A stretch of DNA of 64,000 bases from a bacterium (GCA_018335295.1 JAGXKI010000002.1:2643-66642), one strand, 5' to 3'. Shown: positions 29,079-39,907, numbered from the stretch's first letter. A program made the numbers and translations. The notes: generated from the sequence alone by a model not told the origin.

Positions 29079-29318
29079 ATAAGATAATTTCAGCGAATCT
29101 GTTCAAGTTTCTCTTCTAAGGAAGGCTCAGCTATTGGAAAAAGGCCTTATTTTTCATCTTCTAGCGAGGAGGAAGAAAAGCCTTCTCCTCTGAGTGGGCA
29201 AGGTTCCTTGAGTGAAACGAAAGGAGAACGAAACCGGAAATCATAAGAGATTGGTCGGCCCAGCACTCTCCCCCTTCTCTTCGTGGTTTTGAATCCATTA
29301 CCCCGAACTTTCCGGGCT

Positions 29319-30137
29319 TTATGTGATTCTTACCCCCGCGTATCCAACCACTTCATTGAAGTTTCCTATGATGTCTCCAGAAGTTTGATATTTGATCAAA
29401 CTTCCTTCCTGAGCTCCAAGCTTTTTTGAAGCCACTAAGGCGGAGGTTGTAGGCTGGAAACCACACATGCTTATGTTTTCTTTCGTTACCACCTCATAAA
29501 GACCTCGAGGATTCAGATTCAAGATTTGTTCAATAGCCAGAAAATCTTTCTTTTTAGCGGTTTCTTGAGAGACAAAGTGACTCATATCTGTGCTGGCCAC
29601 AATCAGAACATTTCCTGAGGATTCTTGGATGCTGGAAGCCACAGCGGTTCCCAATTCTTCCAACTCTTCATAAGACACCATGGGAGCAATACTGAAAGGA
29701 ACGATGGAAATGTCATTTTTATAATACTGTAGAAACGGCAGTTGGACTTCGAGAGAATGCTCAAGAAAATGGGCTCGGGTATCTTCTTGGATCAGATTTG
29801 AATGGCTCATAACGCTCTCAGCCAAGGAATCATCCACAGGCACATCTCCCAGCGGAGTCTCCCAAACCCCTTCCTTCATGATGGAGATTCCTGATTGCAC
29901 ATTCCTGTGATTAGGACCGAGAAGTATAAATTTCGAAGGAAGTTCCACAGAGGAAAATACGGCTCCAGCCACATAACCAGAGAATTCAAGCCCTGCATGA
30001 GGAGAGACTACACATACGGTTTCTTTTCTTTCCTGATCCTCCTCTACCATCCTTTCCACCAAACTTTTTAATCTCTCTGCATTGGCTGGATAAAATTGTC
30101 CGGCTACAGCGGGCTTTCTTTTTTTATTGTCTTTCAT
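29319..30137 (-). CDS. AmmeMemoRadiSam system protein B (MEMO1 family)
   Basis: RKPAVAGQFYP, SPHAG..FSG, GPNH, EHSLEVQLPF, ASTDMSH, SMCG, VVGYA. Confidence 0.93.
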   Translation of the reverse strand: MKDNKKRKPAVAGQFYPANAERLKSLVERMVEEDQERKETVCVVSPHAGLEFSGYVAGAVFSSVELPSKFILLGPNHRNVQSGISIMKEGVWETPLGDVPVDDSLAESVMSHSNLIQEDTRAHFLEHSLEVQLPFLQYYKNDISIVPFSIAPMVSYEELEELGTAVASSIQESSGNVLIVASTDMSHFVSQETAKKKDFLAIEQILNLNPRGLYEVVTKENISMCGFQPTTSALVASKKLGAQEGSLIKYQTSGDIIGNFNEVVGYAGVRIT

Positions 30138-30212
30138 ACTTGAAACATAAACATATTGGGAATGTTTGTCAATTTCTTTCCTGGCCTCAGCAAGAACTCT
30201 TCACATAGACGT

Positions 30213-31535
30213 CTATATTTTTATCCTCTTTTCCTTAAAAGAAATGTTAAACTTCTTCAACTCATGGAGGATGGGTTTATATATTTCAGGTTGAACAGGC
30301 CTTTGAACTCCCAATGTGTTTATTTTTCTTTGAAGAATCAGCTTGGCTCCAATAGCTGCAGGCAGCCCCACAGTTCGGGACATAGCTGAATTTCCTTGAG
30401 GTTCTCCATAATGTATCAGGGTGGATTCAATCGATTCCTTCCCTGCCTCCGGGTAAAGAGTTTCCAATGCAATCTTCAAGACCACCATATCCCTCTCCCC
30501 TTCTCCATATTGAAGTCTTTTCCACATAGCATCACTCAAAATTTCCAAAGGAGCTCCTTTCTCTAAAGGGAGAGGTTCATCCCTAAGAAGACCCAGCCAT
30601 TCTAAACGTTCGATGATCTCTGAGTCTACAGGAATATTCAAATACTGGCTTAAAGCTTTCCGGACATCCGGAACCCCGGGCTTATTGATCAAATGGAGGA
30701 TAAAATCTTTGAAGGTATAACCTGTCCAGTCCATCCTTTTTTCATCCAGCAATCCTATATCTACAATTTTTTTCAAGGTGGCACACCATCCTTTATATCT
30801 CAACGTGCCCCTGAGAGCTGTGTGGGTGGATCTAATCCCATAGAGATGGATGTAGGGAAAAGAATTTCGATTCGGGTACCCCTCAAATTCTCCCAAACCT
30901 TCGATGGGAACCAGAGAAAAATGATCGAAAAGATCTCCGGAGGGAACAAAGACCTGATGTCCCTCTTTTAAGTATTGGGCTGAATTCTTCCCAGCCAGAA
31001 GGGCTCCCCTGGGCCTCCAGGAAAATTTGTATCCCAAGGGGTTGGTGTTGGATTCAGGAGCGGGCAGCCCTCCGCAGTAAGAAGTAAAACTGAGTATTTT
31101 CCCTCCCTTTTCCTTCACTTTTTCAATAATCCTCATCGCCTCCATATGATCGATCCCCGGATCCAACCCCATTTCATTAAGAATAATTACTCCGGCTTTT
31201 TTGGCTTCACTCTCCAGATTTTTCATTACTTCACTGACATAAGAGGTGGTGATCATATTTTTTTTATAATCAATGCAGTATTTAGCTACTTTGGGATGAA
31301 AGGCGGGAGGAACAATGCTTATAACCATATCTGACCTGGAGATTTTGTCCTTCAAAGCCTGTTCATTTTTCAAATTCATATTGGAGATTTTTCCTCGGGG
31401 ATGATTTTCAACCAGACCGGTAACATTATGGATTTCTAAAGAGGCTACTTCCACTTCAAATTCGGGCTGATCGAGCAAATATTGAACCAATGGTTTCGCT
31501 ACCAATCCCGCACCTAACACCAGGATCTTTTTCAT
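30213..31535 (-). CDS. Saccharopine dehydrogenase (glutamate-forming, Lys9/SDH-like)
   Basis: LGAGLVA, TTSYVS, NEMGLDPGIDH, SYCGGLPAPE..NPLGYKFSW, YPNRNS, RGTLRY, AMSRTVG. Confidence 0.93.
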   Translation of the reverse strand: MKKILVLGAGLVAKPLVQYLLDQPEFEVEVASLEIHNVTGLVENHPRGKISNMNLKNEQALKDKISRSDMVISIVPPAFHPKVAKYCIDYKKNMITTSYVSEVMKNLESEAKKAGVIILNEMGLDPGIDHMEAMRIIEKVKEKGGKILSFTSYCGGLPAPESNTNPLGYKFSWRPRGALLAGKNSAQYLKEGHQVFVPSGDLFDHFSLVPIEGLGEFEGYPNRNSFPYIHLYGIRSTHTALRGTLRYKGWCATLKKIVDIGLLDEKRMDWTGYTFKDFILHLINKPGVPDVRKALSQYLNIPVDSEIIERLEWLGLLRDEPLPLEKGAPLEILSDAMWKRLQYGEGERDMVVLKIALETLYPEAGKESIESTLIHYGEPQGNSAMSRTVGLPAAIGAKLILQRKINTLGVQRPVQPEIYKPILHELKKFNISFKEKRIKI

Positions 31536-31551
31536 GATGAAACTCCAAATA

Positions 31552-32865
31552 TCATTTCACAAAATCTTCCAAATATCTGTAATCAGGAGTGAGTTTCCCT
31601 TTATACAGAATCACAGCTTTTTTTAGAAAAAAGGGAAGGCTCCATTGATGAAAATCTTTACTGAAATCCACTTTACTCAAATAAGGAATGATGGATTTCA
31701 TCCGGGAACTAAAAAAAACAGAGGATTCCAAAGGCAGTTCCGCAGGGAGATTATCCACAGCCATCACCGCCACTCCTCTTCCCTGTATCCCTTGGCGGAC
31801 TTCCTCTTGGAGAGGATCGTAAATATACACAGGGTCATCGGGGGTTGTCACTCCTGAATTGCATTCCACAGAGCCGTGGACATCGCAAGAAATATCCGTG
31901 ATCACTTTCAACTTGGGAGAAGAAGCCCACCTCCATATATTTCTCAATGATTTTTTTCTTACAAACCGGGGATACTGAGGACTCCAATAAGCACAGTGAA
32001 CCAAAACGCTGAGATAAGGCAAATAGCGGCTTCCCACAGATGCGTATTTATGAGGATTCTGGTAATAATCTTGAAGGTTAAACGAAACATCCGGTGAAAC
32101 AGGCTGAACCATATGTTCTTCCTTAAACACCAGCTTATAAACCCGGTAAGATGAAAAATTCTTCTTTTTCATAAACTCGTGAAGCTGAGGAGGCTCTATT
32201 TCTTCGAAAGGAAGGAGGTCCAATATTTCTTGGGCCCCGGTAGAAACATTCCCATAGCCAGTGATCCCAATAACCAAAGGCACAAGAGATCTCTCCATTC
32301 CCTCTTTGTAGAGACTCCAACCTATATTTTCAATCTCTTCCTTGGCCTCAACCAAACTTCCATACTCATAAGCCTGCTTAGCCCGGGTGAAAGGATTTTT
32401 TCTCCCTTCTTCCTGGAGACGCTGACCCAAACACCAGAGAGTGTCAATCATCCCGGCTTGTCCCGCCTGTCTTCCAAAAAACAAAAATCTTTGTCCTTTT
32501 TCATCAATAATCCGTTCATAATCGATCAGCGTGCACCCCATTTCCATCATTTTCTTCAAAAAGGGCATATTTTTAGACTGCCCTTTGATGGTATGAGAGA
32601 AAAATAGATACACTTTGTTCTTCTGAAAAAAGGACAAGGGAATCTCTTTAATAGCCAGGACCACTGGACAAGGAGTGAGATCCTCTTGGACTTCAGCCCC
32701 TTCTCGAAGGAAATCTTCATCCTTAAATATCCGGACGGAAGAAGGCTGAATCCGGATATTTATTGGATATTTCTTCAGAAGCTCTCTCACATGGGCAGGA
32801 ATGAGAGGAGTTCTCCTCTCCCATTTGTTTTTATCTTCCCTTCTCAGGCCAATGAAGATGGACAT
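31552..32865 (-). CDS. Lysine-ketoglutarate reductase (LKR/Lys1-like, AlaDh/PNT fold)
   Basis: RREDKNKWERRTPL.P, FFSHTIKGQ..NMP, LIDYE, FG..AG.AG, DISCD..GS.E, VDNLPAELP. Confidence 0.88.
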   Translation of the reverse strand: MSIFIGLRREDKNKWERRTPLIPAHVRELLKKYPINIRIQPSSVRIFKDEDFLREGAEVQEDLTPCPVVLAIKEIPLSFFQKNKVYLFFSHTIKGQSKNMPFLKKMMEMGCTLIDYERIIDEKGQRFLFFGRQAGQAGMIDTLWCLGQRLQEEGRKNPFTRAKQAYEYGSLVEAKEEIENIGWSLYKEGMERSLVPLVIGITGYGNVSTGAQEILDLLPFEEIEPPQLHEFMKKKNFSSYRVYKLVFKEEHMVQPVSPDVSFNLQDYYQNPHKYASVGSRYLPYLSVLVHCAYWSPQYPRFVRKKSLRNIWRWASSPKLKVITDISCDVHGSVECNSGVTTPDDPVYIYDPLQEEVRQGIQGRGVAVMAVDNLPAELPLESSVFFSSRMKSIIPYLSKVDFSKDFHQWSLPFFLKKAVILYKGKLTPDYRYLEDFVK

Positions 32866-33035
32866 GTAAAAAAGACTTTTGAAAAATTTGAAAGGACAAA
32901 ATTATGACACAAATAAAGAGGAAGTTCAATTTTTTCTCTACTTATCTCTCATGAAATTCTCTTAACTTATCTATGTTATTTGTGATATAAAAGGTATCTG
33001 TCTTTTTCACGAATAATTCAGGATAATGAAAGCTC

Positions 33036-34439
33036 ATGATTCAATTCTTTAATACTCTCAGTGGAAAAGTTCAACCTTTCCATCCCCTCAAGAAAAACCA
33101 AGTCAAACTTTATACCTGTGGACCGACTGTCTACGATTACGCTCACATCGGTAATTTTCGCGCTTACCTCTTTGAAGACTTACTGAAAAGGTTCCTTCTC
33201 TTTCAAGGCTACAGAGTCCTTCATGTCATGAACCTCACGGATGTGGATGACAAGACGATCAAAGGAGCTAGGGCTGAAGGGATATCCTTAAAGGAATTCA
33301 CCCAAAAATACACCGATGCCTTTTTCCAGGATATTGACACACTAAACATCCATAGAGCTGACTACTATCCTCGAGCCACCCAACACATTTCCTCCATGGT
33401 CCGGATCATAAAGGGACTCCTCCAGAAAGGATATGCTTACGAAAAAGATGGGTCTGTTTATTATGATATCTCCAAGTTCAAGGACTACGGTAAACTTTCC
33501 AAAATCAAAATGCATAAACTGAAAACCGGAACGAGGATCGAATCGGATGAATATGAAAAAGAAAGCGCCCATGATTTTGCTCTTTGGAAATATAAGAAAG
33601 AAGGCGAACCTTATTGGGAAACTGAAATCGGTCCGGGTCGACCCGGATGGCACATCGAATGTTCCGCCATGAGTTCCCAGTACCTGGGTGATACCTTTGA
33701 TATTCACTGTGGAGGAGTGGATAATATTTTCCCTCACCATGAAAATGAAATCGCTCAATCAGAGGCTTATTCCGGAAAAGAATTCGTTCGCTACTGGCTC
33801 CACTGCCATCATCTCATCGTCAACGGAGAAAAGATGTCTAAATCCAAAGGGAATTTTTATACCCTCAGAGATCTTTTGGAAAGGGATGTCAACCCCCGAG
33901 TCCTCCGCTTTCTACTCCTTTCTACCCATTACCGTAAAATACTCAATTTCACATTCGAGGCCCTGGATCAAGCCAGCACCTCCCTGCAGAGAATCACCGA
34001 TTTTATCTATAATCTGGGGCATCAATCTTTTCCCTCAGGAGAAAGCAAAGACATCTCCCAGCTGATTCAAAACACCAAACAAAAATTCATTTCAGGACTC
34101 AGTAATGATTTGAATATATCTCAAGCTCTTCCTCCCATTTTTGAAATGATCCGGAAGGTCAACAGACTGATAAAGCAGAAAAAAGTCTACCAGAAAGACA
34201 CCCAAAACCTCAGAACTTTCATACATTCTGTGGATAATGTTCTGGCCGTCCTTCCCCAGGAAAAAGAGGAATCTCTTTCTTCTGAATTGATGGAAAAAAT
34301 CAAGCTTCGCCAAAAGGCCCGAAAAGAAAAAAATTATGAGTTGGCCGACCGTATTCGTGATGAACTCTATCAAAAGGGAATCATTCTGGAGGACACCAAA
34401 AACGGGGTTCGATGGAAGATTATAAAAAAGAAAAAATAA
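33036..34439 (+). CDS. cysS: Cysteine--tRNA ligase
   Basis: CGPTVYD.AHIGN, GRPGWHIECSAM, FPHHENE, KMSKS. Confidence 0.99.
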   Translation: MIQFFNTLSGKVQPFHPLKKNQVKLYTCGPTVYDYAHIGNFRAYLFEDLLKRFLLFQGYRVLHVMNLTDVDDKTIKGARAEGISLKEFTQKYTDAFFQDIDTLNIHRADYYPRATQHISSMVRIIKGLLQKGYAYEKDGSVYYDISKFKDYGKLSKIKMHKLKTGTRIESDEYEKESAHDFALWKYKKEGEPYWETEIGPGRPGWHIECSAMSSQYLGDTFDIHCGGVDNIFPHHENEIAQSEAYSGKEFVRYWLHCHHLIVNGEKMSKSKGNFYTLRDLLERDVNPRVLRFLLLSTHYRKILNFTFEALDQASTSLQRITDFIYNLGHQSFPSGESKDISQLIQNTKQKFISGLSNDLNISQALPPIFEMIRKVNRLIKQKKVYQKDTQNLRTFIHSVDNVLAVLPQEKEESLSSELMEKIKLRQKARKEKNYELADRIRDELYQKGIILEDTKNGVRWKIIKKKK

Positions 34440-34451
34440 AAAGGCTATCCT

Positions 34452-34820
34452 GTGAATAAAACCAAATTACCCCCCCATTCCCTAGGAAAACAGGGGGAAG
34501 AAGCAGCCGTTCAGTATTTGAAAAAGAAACATTATAAAATTTGGGAAAGAGGCTTCCGCCTTTACAGGGGAGAAATCGATATCATTGCTTCCCATAAAAA
34601 AACGCTGGTGTTTGTGGAAGTTAAAACCAGAAAGGATCCTTCTTTTGGCTATCCTGAAGAATCGGTTACCTCCAATAAGATAAAACAGATTAAAAAGATC
34701 GCTCAAGGGTACTTAACCGTGAAAAAACTCCACAATGTGGAATGCCGTTTTGATGTTCTCTCTCTTCTCTATGATCCTCAAAACGGATTTTCCATTCAGC
34801 ATTTCAAAGATGCTTTTTAG
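34452..34820 (+). CDS. yraN: YraN family protein (UPF0102)
   Basis: G..GE..A..YL, GEIDII, LVFVEVKTR, RFDV. Confidence 0.93.
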   Translation: MNKTKLPPHSLGKQGEEAAVQYLKKKHYKIWERGFRLYRGEIDIIASHKKTLVFVEVKTRKDPSFGYPEESVTSNKIKQIKKIAQGYLTVKKLHNVECRFDVLSLLYDPQNGFSIQHFKDAF

Positions 34821-34876
34821 ATGAAAAAAACTTTGTATTTTAAAAAAAATTCAAAATGCACCATTAGGAGGCTTTT

Positions 34877-37483
34877 ATGAAATCATTATTCAAATATCCC
34901 TTATTTCTTATTTTGATCTCGCTTCTCATTTCACCAGGATTCTCTCAAAAAATACCTGAACCTAAAGAAATCCTGGGGTTCAAAGTAGGGGCTGATTATC
35001 ATCTCGCCGACTACCATCAAGCTATCGAGTACTTCAATATTTTGCAAAAAAATTCAGACCGAATCAAACTCTTGGATGAAGGAAAAACCTCCATGGGCCA
35101 AACCATGACTTATGCGGTGATTTCCTCTGCTGAAAACATATCTCAACTGGAAAAATACAAGCAGATTTCTCAAAAACTGGCTCTGGTGAAAGGACTTTCT
35201 TCCCAAAAAGCCAAGGAACTTTCCCAAAAAGGAAAAGCCGTGGTATATATCGATGGAGGTCTCCATGCCTCCGAATGCGCTCCTGCCCAGCACAACATCC
35301 AGCTCGCCTACAACCTGGTCACCGCAGATGACCCTAAATCTCTTCGAATACTCGACGATGTGATTCTGGTTCTGGTCTTCGCCAATCCGGATGGAATGAA
35401 TTTGTTGGCCGAATGGTACCGGCCCCATGTGGGAACTCCTTATGAAGTGTCTCCTATGCCCCGTCTCTACCACATATATGCCGGACATGACAACAACCGG
35501 GATTCCTACACCGCCAATCTCCGCGAAACGAGAAACATAACCCGGATTGTGAATCAAATCTGGTATCCGGTGATCCTTTACAATCATCACCAGACCGCCC
35601 CCTTCCCTGCCCGGATTTGGACTCCTCCCAATTCCGAACCCACCAATCCCAATGTCCATCCTCTGATTGTCCGCTGGCAGAATATGGTGGGATCGGCTAT
35701 GGGAGCGGCCTTTGATGCCCAGGGGAAAGAGGGAGCTATATCCCGAATTGTTTTTGATACCTGGTATCCCGGCTATGTGACTCAAGTAGTGGATTCCCAC
35801 AATGTGATTTCTATACTGACCGAAACAGCCCTTTACCGCTATGCCACCCCACACTTTTTTACCGTCCATGATTTCCCCGAACAATACAAAGACCTGACCA
35901 TGTCTGCATTTTACCCCAACCCTTGGAAGGGAGGTTGGTGGCGACTTGGAGATGCCGTGGACTACTGCCTCACAGCCTCCATGTCTGTGCTGGATGTGGC
36001 TTCGAAATACAAAGAAAGGCTTCTATACAATAAGTACAAAATGGGTCATGACGTTATACAGAGATTTGAAAAAGAACCCCCTTACGCCTGGATCATTCCC
36101 TCAGAACAAAGAGACCCGGGCACGGCTTCTCTCCTTCTTAACCGAATGATTTTGTTAGGAATTGATGTCTACAAGACCACAAAATCTTTTCGCTGTGATG
36201 GAATCCAGTATCCCGCAGGAACCCATATCATCCCCATGACCCAGCCTTTTGCTCTGTTCATAAAGAATATGTTCGAAGCTCAGGAATACCCGGACCTGAG
36301 GAAATATCCAGACCTATGGCAGGGTCTGATCAATCCCAAAAAATTCGAAGGAGCTCCTTTTGAAGCCTACGATATGATGGGATGGACTCTTCCTTACCAG
36401 TTTGGAGTGGAGGTCCATTCCGCCAACACTCCGGTCCATCCCTCTATGGAACCAGTCCAGGAAGTCCAGTTTCAAGAAGGAACCATTGAGGGAAAACCAG
36501 GATACGGTTACCTTCTTCCTCATGAGGAAAACGCTAGTTTCACCGCCATGAACCGAATCTTTCAAAAAGAAACTCAAATTCTATGGGCCCAATCTTCCTT
36601 TTCCTCGAACGGGAAAAAATATTCGCCTGGAACTATCATCATCCCTTCCCAACATGTCAGCCGGTCCTTTATGGAAGGATTGAGTCAAGAACTGGACCTG
36701 AAAATAACCGGGATCAAGCATCGACCCCGCACCCAAACTCGAAAAATCAACCCTGTTCGAACCGGAATGTATAAATCATGGGTTCCCAGCTCCCAAGAAG
36801 GTTGGACTCGGTGGATCTTCGATAAATATGAGTTTCCCTACACTAGCCTCCGTGACGCCGATATCAAAGCCGGAAAACTCATCCAGAATTACGACACCAT
36901 AATCATTCCCGATACATACCGACCTGAAGTGGTAATCCACGGACATAAAAAAGGAACCATGCCTCCCAAGTATACAGGAGGGATTACCTTAAAAGGACTC
37001 CGCAACTTGAAGCAGTTTGCCCAAAAAGGAGGGACCCTGATCTTTTTCAACAGGGTATGCAGCCTGGCTACCGAGTATTTTGATATTCCTGTCCGGAACG
37101 TCTTGAAAGGAGTGAAGGATGAAGATTTTGTCTGCAGCGGAGCTATTCTTCGTATGAATTTTGACAATCAACATCCCATCGCTTACGGAATGCCTGAGGA
37201 AGCAGGGAGTGTGTTTGCTCGAAGCTGTGCTTTCGAGGTTCTTCCCTCTTTCGAAAAAAATAAAAAGCCCCAGAGTGTGGCCACCTATTCAGAGGAAAGC
37301 CTATTGATGAGTGGATGGATTTACGGCGAGTCCCTCATTCAACAGAAAAGCTCCATTTTGGAAGTCCCTTACGGAAAAGGAAAGATAATTCTCCTTGGTT
37401 TTCCTGTCCAGTACCGAGCTCAACCTTATGGCACATTCAAACTTCTATTCAATTCCATCCTCTATGCCAACTCAGAGAACTGA
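34877..37483 (+). CDS. Secreted M14 zinc carboxypeptidase-like protein
   Basis: Signal peptide; GLHASE, NPDG, HDNNRD, NHHQ, ILTE; C-terminal GATase-like domain. Confidence 0.88.
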   Translation: MKSLFKYPLFLILISLLISPGFSQKIPEPKEILGFKVGADYHLADYHQAIEYFNILQKNSDRIKLLDEGKTSMGQTMTYAVISSAENISQLEKYKQISQKLALVKGLSSQKAKELSQKGKAVVYIDGGLHASECAPAQHNIQLAYNLVTADDPKSLRILDDVILVLVFANPDGMNLLAEWYRPHVGTPYEVSPMPRLYHIYAGHDNNRDSYTANLRETRNITRIVNQIWYPVILYNHHQTAPFPARIWTPPNSEPTNPNVHPLIVRWQNMVGSAMGAAFDAQGKEGAISRIVFDTWYPGYVTQVVDSHNVISILTETALYRYATPHFFTVHDFPEQYKDLTMSAFYPNPWKGGWWRLGDAVDYCLTASMSVLDVASKYKERLLYNKYKMGHDVIQRFEKEPPYAWIIPSEQRDPGTASLLLNRMILLGIDVYKTTKSFRCDGIQYPAGTHIIPMTQPFALFIKNMFEAQEYPDLRKYPDLWQGLINPKKFEGAPFEAYDMMGWTLPYQFGVEVHSANTPVHPSMEPVQEVQFQEGTIEGKPGYGYLLPHEENASFTAMNRIFQKETQILWAQSSFSSNGKKYSPGTIIIPSQHVSRSFMEGLSQELDLKITGIKHRPRTQTRKINPVRTGMYKSWVPSSQEGWTRWIFDKYEFPYTSLRDADIKAGKLIQNYDTIIIPDTYRPEVVIHGHKKGTMPPKYTGGITLKGLRNLKQFAQKGGTLIFFNRVCSLATEYFDIPVRNVLKGVKDEDFVCSGAILRMNFDNQHPIAYGMPEEAGSVFARSCAFEVLPSFEKNKKPQSVATYSEESLLMSGWIYGESLIQQKSSILEVPYGKGKIILLGFPVQYRAQPYGTFKLLFNSILYANSEN

Positions 37484-37492
37484 AACCATTTT

Positions 37493-37712
37493 ATCGCGTT
37501 ACTTGCGTTGATTGCGTTACTAGAGTTTGTTGCGTGGATAGAAAGTGAGAAAAACGAGAAAGGCAATAAAAGCTAATAGAGTTCATTGCGTTTGCAGCGT
37601 TATTTGCGTTAAGAAATAGCAAGAAAAGCTAGAAAGAAATATCTAATTTAATTCAAATAATTTTGAATTTTGCCTTTTGATTTTAAGTTTTTGAATTTTG
37701 AATTTTGGATTA
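37493..37712. repeat. Degenerate 9-mer (nnTGCGTTn) and 7-mer (TTTTGAA) tandem repeats between convergent genes
   Basis: ATCGCGTTA CTTGCGTTG ATTGCGTTA CTAGAGTTT GTTGCGTGG... followed by TTTTGAA-like heptamers. Confidence 0.7.
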
Positions 37713-37714
37713 TT

Positions 37715-39805
37715 TTAGTTTTGAAGGAAGCGACTAAAGAAATTAGCAGCTTTCTTGTAAACTCTCAACCAAACACCATGGCGGAGAAAACCGTGAACTT
37801 CGTCGGGGATAACCAGTAGTTCCACATGGGCTTTTCCTGATTTTCTCAACCGCTGCACTAAATCTGTGGTCTGAACAAAATCTACATTGCGGTCATCATC
37901 TCCATGGACAAAAAGCACCGGGGAATACCAGAATTCAACATCCGCAACAGGAGAGGATTGGTAGGCCGAACTCATCAGGTCTTCTCCTCTGATCCCCCAT
38001 CCTCCGCCGTCCCGCCTTCGGGCTCGGAGAGACCAATCATGAACTCCATGCAGATCAACTCCAGCAGCAAACAACTCGGAATCACGGGCCAGTCCTAAAG
38101 CGGTAAGATAACCGCCGTAGGAACCTCCCCAAAGCCCGATTTTGTGAGGATTCACTTCAGGTCTTTTCTGCAAATATTTACCGGCGGCCACAATATCCTG
38201 ATACTCAGAAGCTCCCCTGGGCCCTTGGTTTTCAGCGGTTCGAAAATCATACCCGTAACCGATACCGGAGCGGTAATTAACCGAAAGCACCACAAATCCT
38301 TTGTGGGTGAGGTATTGATTCATAGCATAGGCATTGTGGTAGTATCCCCGCATATGCCAGCCCAACATCATCTGACGGATAGGACCTCCGTGCATAAAAA
38401 TGACCGCAGCCCGATTATCCCCGGGTTTGGCTCCATGGGGAAGGAAAAGCTGACCGTGGATATCCAATCCATCGGGAGATTCAAAAACCACCTGCTGAGG
38501 CTTGACCAAATCCTCCGTAGGGAACTTTTCAGGGATCTTTTGGGGAGCCAGGAGTCTTTTTTCACCTGTTTGAGAATTCAAGATGGCGGGAGCTGCGGGC
38601 TGCCGGGCGGTGGAACAGAGAAAAATCAAATCTTCACTTTGAGTTGTCAAAACAGGAGACCATTCCAAACCCTTCCCTGAAGTCACCGGTTGGACCTTTC
38701 CTCCTTCCACTGAAACAGACCACAGATGTCTTCGATCCATATCTCCCCGGTTGGAATTAAAGACAAGCTTGGTTCTATCCGGAGAAAGAAAGCTGTTTTC
38801 CACTTCATATTCTCCGGGAGTGAGAGGAATCAGATTCTTCTCCTTTACAGAAATGGAATAAAGATGCATCCATCCTTCGTGTTCGGAGTAAAAAACAAGA
38901 TGTCCCTCAGCAGCCCAGCGCAGGGTTTCCTGGGGATAGTACTGGGAAAATCCACCGGTTTTATTAGGACAGCGCCAAATTGAAGAGGCTTTCATGGTTT
39001 GGATATCCGCAACCATCAAAGAGAACTGTTTTCCCCCTCGAAATGAGGGAAAAGTTTTCCCTGGAAACCGGATAAAAGCAATATATTTCCCGCAGGGTGA
39101 CCACACTGGATAGACATCTCTGTCCACAGAGGGAGAAATCCAACTTATGGAATTTTTTTGGAAATCATAAACACCGATAAAACTGTGATCTCCCCTGTGG
39201 CTGACAAAAGCCAGTTTAGACCCGTCAGGGGCCCATCGGGGGGAACTGTTTCGTCCTCGGGTTTCAAACAAGATTTCAGGCTGAGAAGGTTTTTCCTGAT
39301 TGGAAAGGAAAATTTGTCCCTTTAAGCTGTAGACCACCCGCTGATCTGAAGGAGAAGGAACCGGATTGTGTCCTTCTCCAATCCTCCACGGTTTCTTTCC
39401 TTCTCTATGGATGGCCCAGACCGCCTGCTCCGCTCTTTCGGGGTCAGAAGTCGGATTGGGATGTTCTCCGGCCCTGTTGGGAGCTCCTCCTCTCACATAA
39501 AAGAGCACCTTCCCCTCCGAACCAAAAGCTAAATCGCTCAATGGCTGGCCGTCATCAAATTCATAATGGGTAAGCTGGACGGGTTGATATTCGGGACCCT
39601 GAGCTATCCAGATATTCCGTTTTCCTTTCCGGTTGAAAACCCAGGCCACTTCATCTCCTTGTGGGGATACACAGAGGTTTGAGGGGAAAGCATAACTCAA
39701 GACTTCCGGCAGAGTGTAGGAGTGAACGGGAAGAACCAAACTCAGGCATAAAAGAACCATTCCCCAAAAAAGGATGGATTTTCGTGAAAAAAAGATTGAA
39801 TTCAT
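37715..39805 (-). CDS. S9 family prolyl oligopeptidase / DPP-IV-like secreted peptidase
   Basis: Beta-propeller repeats, HGGP, GGSYGG nucleophile, HGDDDRNV, DEVHGF; likely start at MNSIFF. Confidence 0.93.
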   Translation of the reverse strand: MNSIFFSRKSILFWGMVLLCLSLVLPVHSYTLPEVLSYAFPSNLCVSPQGDEVAWVFNRKGKRNIWIAQGPEYQPVQLTHYEFDDGQPLSDLAFGSEGKVLFYVRGGAPNRAGEHPNPTSDPERAEQAVWAIHREGKKPWRIGEGHNPVPSPSDQRVVYSLKGQIFLSNQEKPSQPEILFETRGRNSSPRWAPDGSKLAFVSHRGDHSFIGVYDFQKNSISWISPSVDRDVYPVWSPCGKYIAFIRFPGKTFPSFRGGKQFSLMVADIQTMKASSIWRCPNKTGGFSQYYPQETLRWAAEGHLVFYSEHEGWMHLYSISVKEKNLIPLTPGEYEVENSFLSPDRTKLVFNSNRGDMDRRHLWSVSVEGGKVQPVTSGKGLEWSPVLTTQSEDLIFLCSTARQPAAPAILNSQTGEKRLLAPQKIPEKFPTEDLVKPQQVVFESPDGLDIHGQLFLPHGAKPGDNRAAVIFMHGGPIRQMMLGWHMRGYYHNAYAMNQYLTHKGFVVLSVNYRSGIGYGYDFRTAENQGPRGASEYQDIVAAGKYLQKRPEVNPHKIGLWGGSYGGYLTALGLARDSELFAAGVDLHGVHDWSLRARRRDGGGWGIRGEDLMSSAYQSSPVADVEFWYSPVLFVHGDDDRNVDFVQTTDLVQRLRKSGKAHVELLVIPDEVHGFLRHGVWLRVYKKAANFFSRFLQN

Positions 39806-39907
39806 GGAACCCTCCATTCCAGTTTTATTAGAAAAATAAGGAATTTTCTTTTGAATTTTGATTTTTAAATTATTATATAAGATTGAATTCATCTGTAACG
39901 GATTCAT

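Noticed and set aside
29080-29318. Possible structured ncRNA upstream of hrcA
   Set aside because: No recognisable family motif or convincing long stem by eye; needs a covariance-model search
33632-33647. Perfect palindrome TCCGGGTCGACCCGGA
   Set aside because: Encodes the conserved PGRPG motif of CysRS; explained by coding constraint
35054-35884. Long antisense ORFs (also 21039-21698, 42679-43389, 53626-54357)
   Set aside because: Shadow frames of well-supported genes on the opposite strand, with no motifs
37493-37712. CRISPR array
   Set aside because: Units are 7-9 bp with no unique spacers, and there are no cas genes
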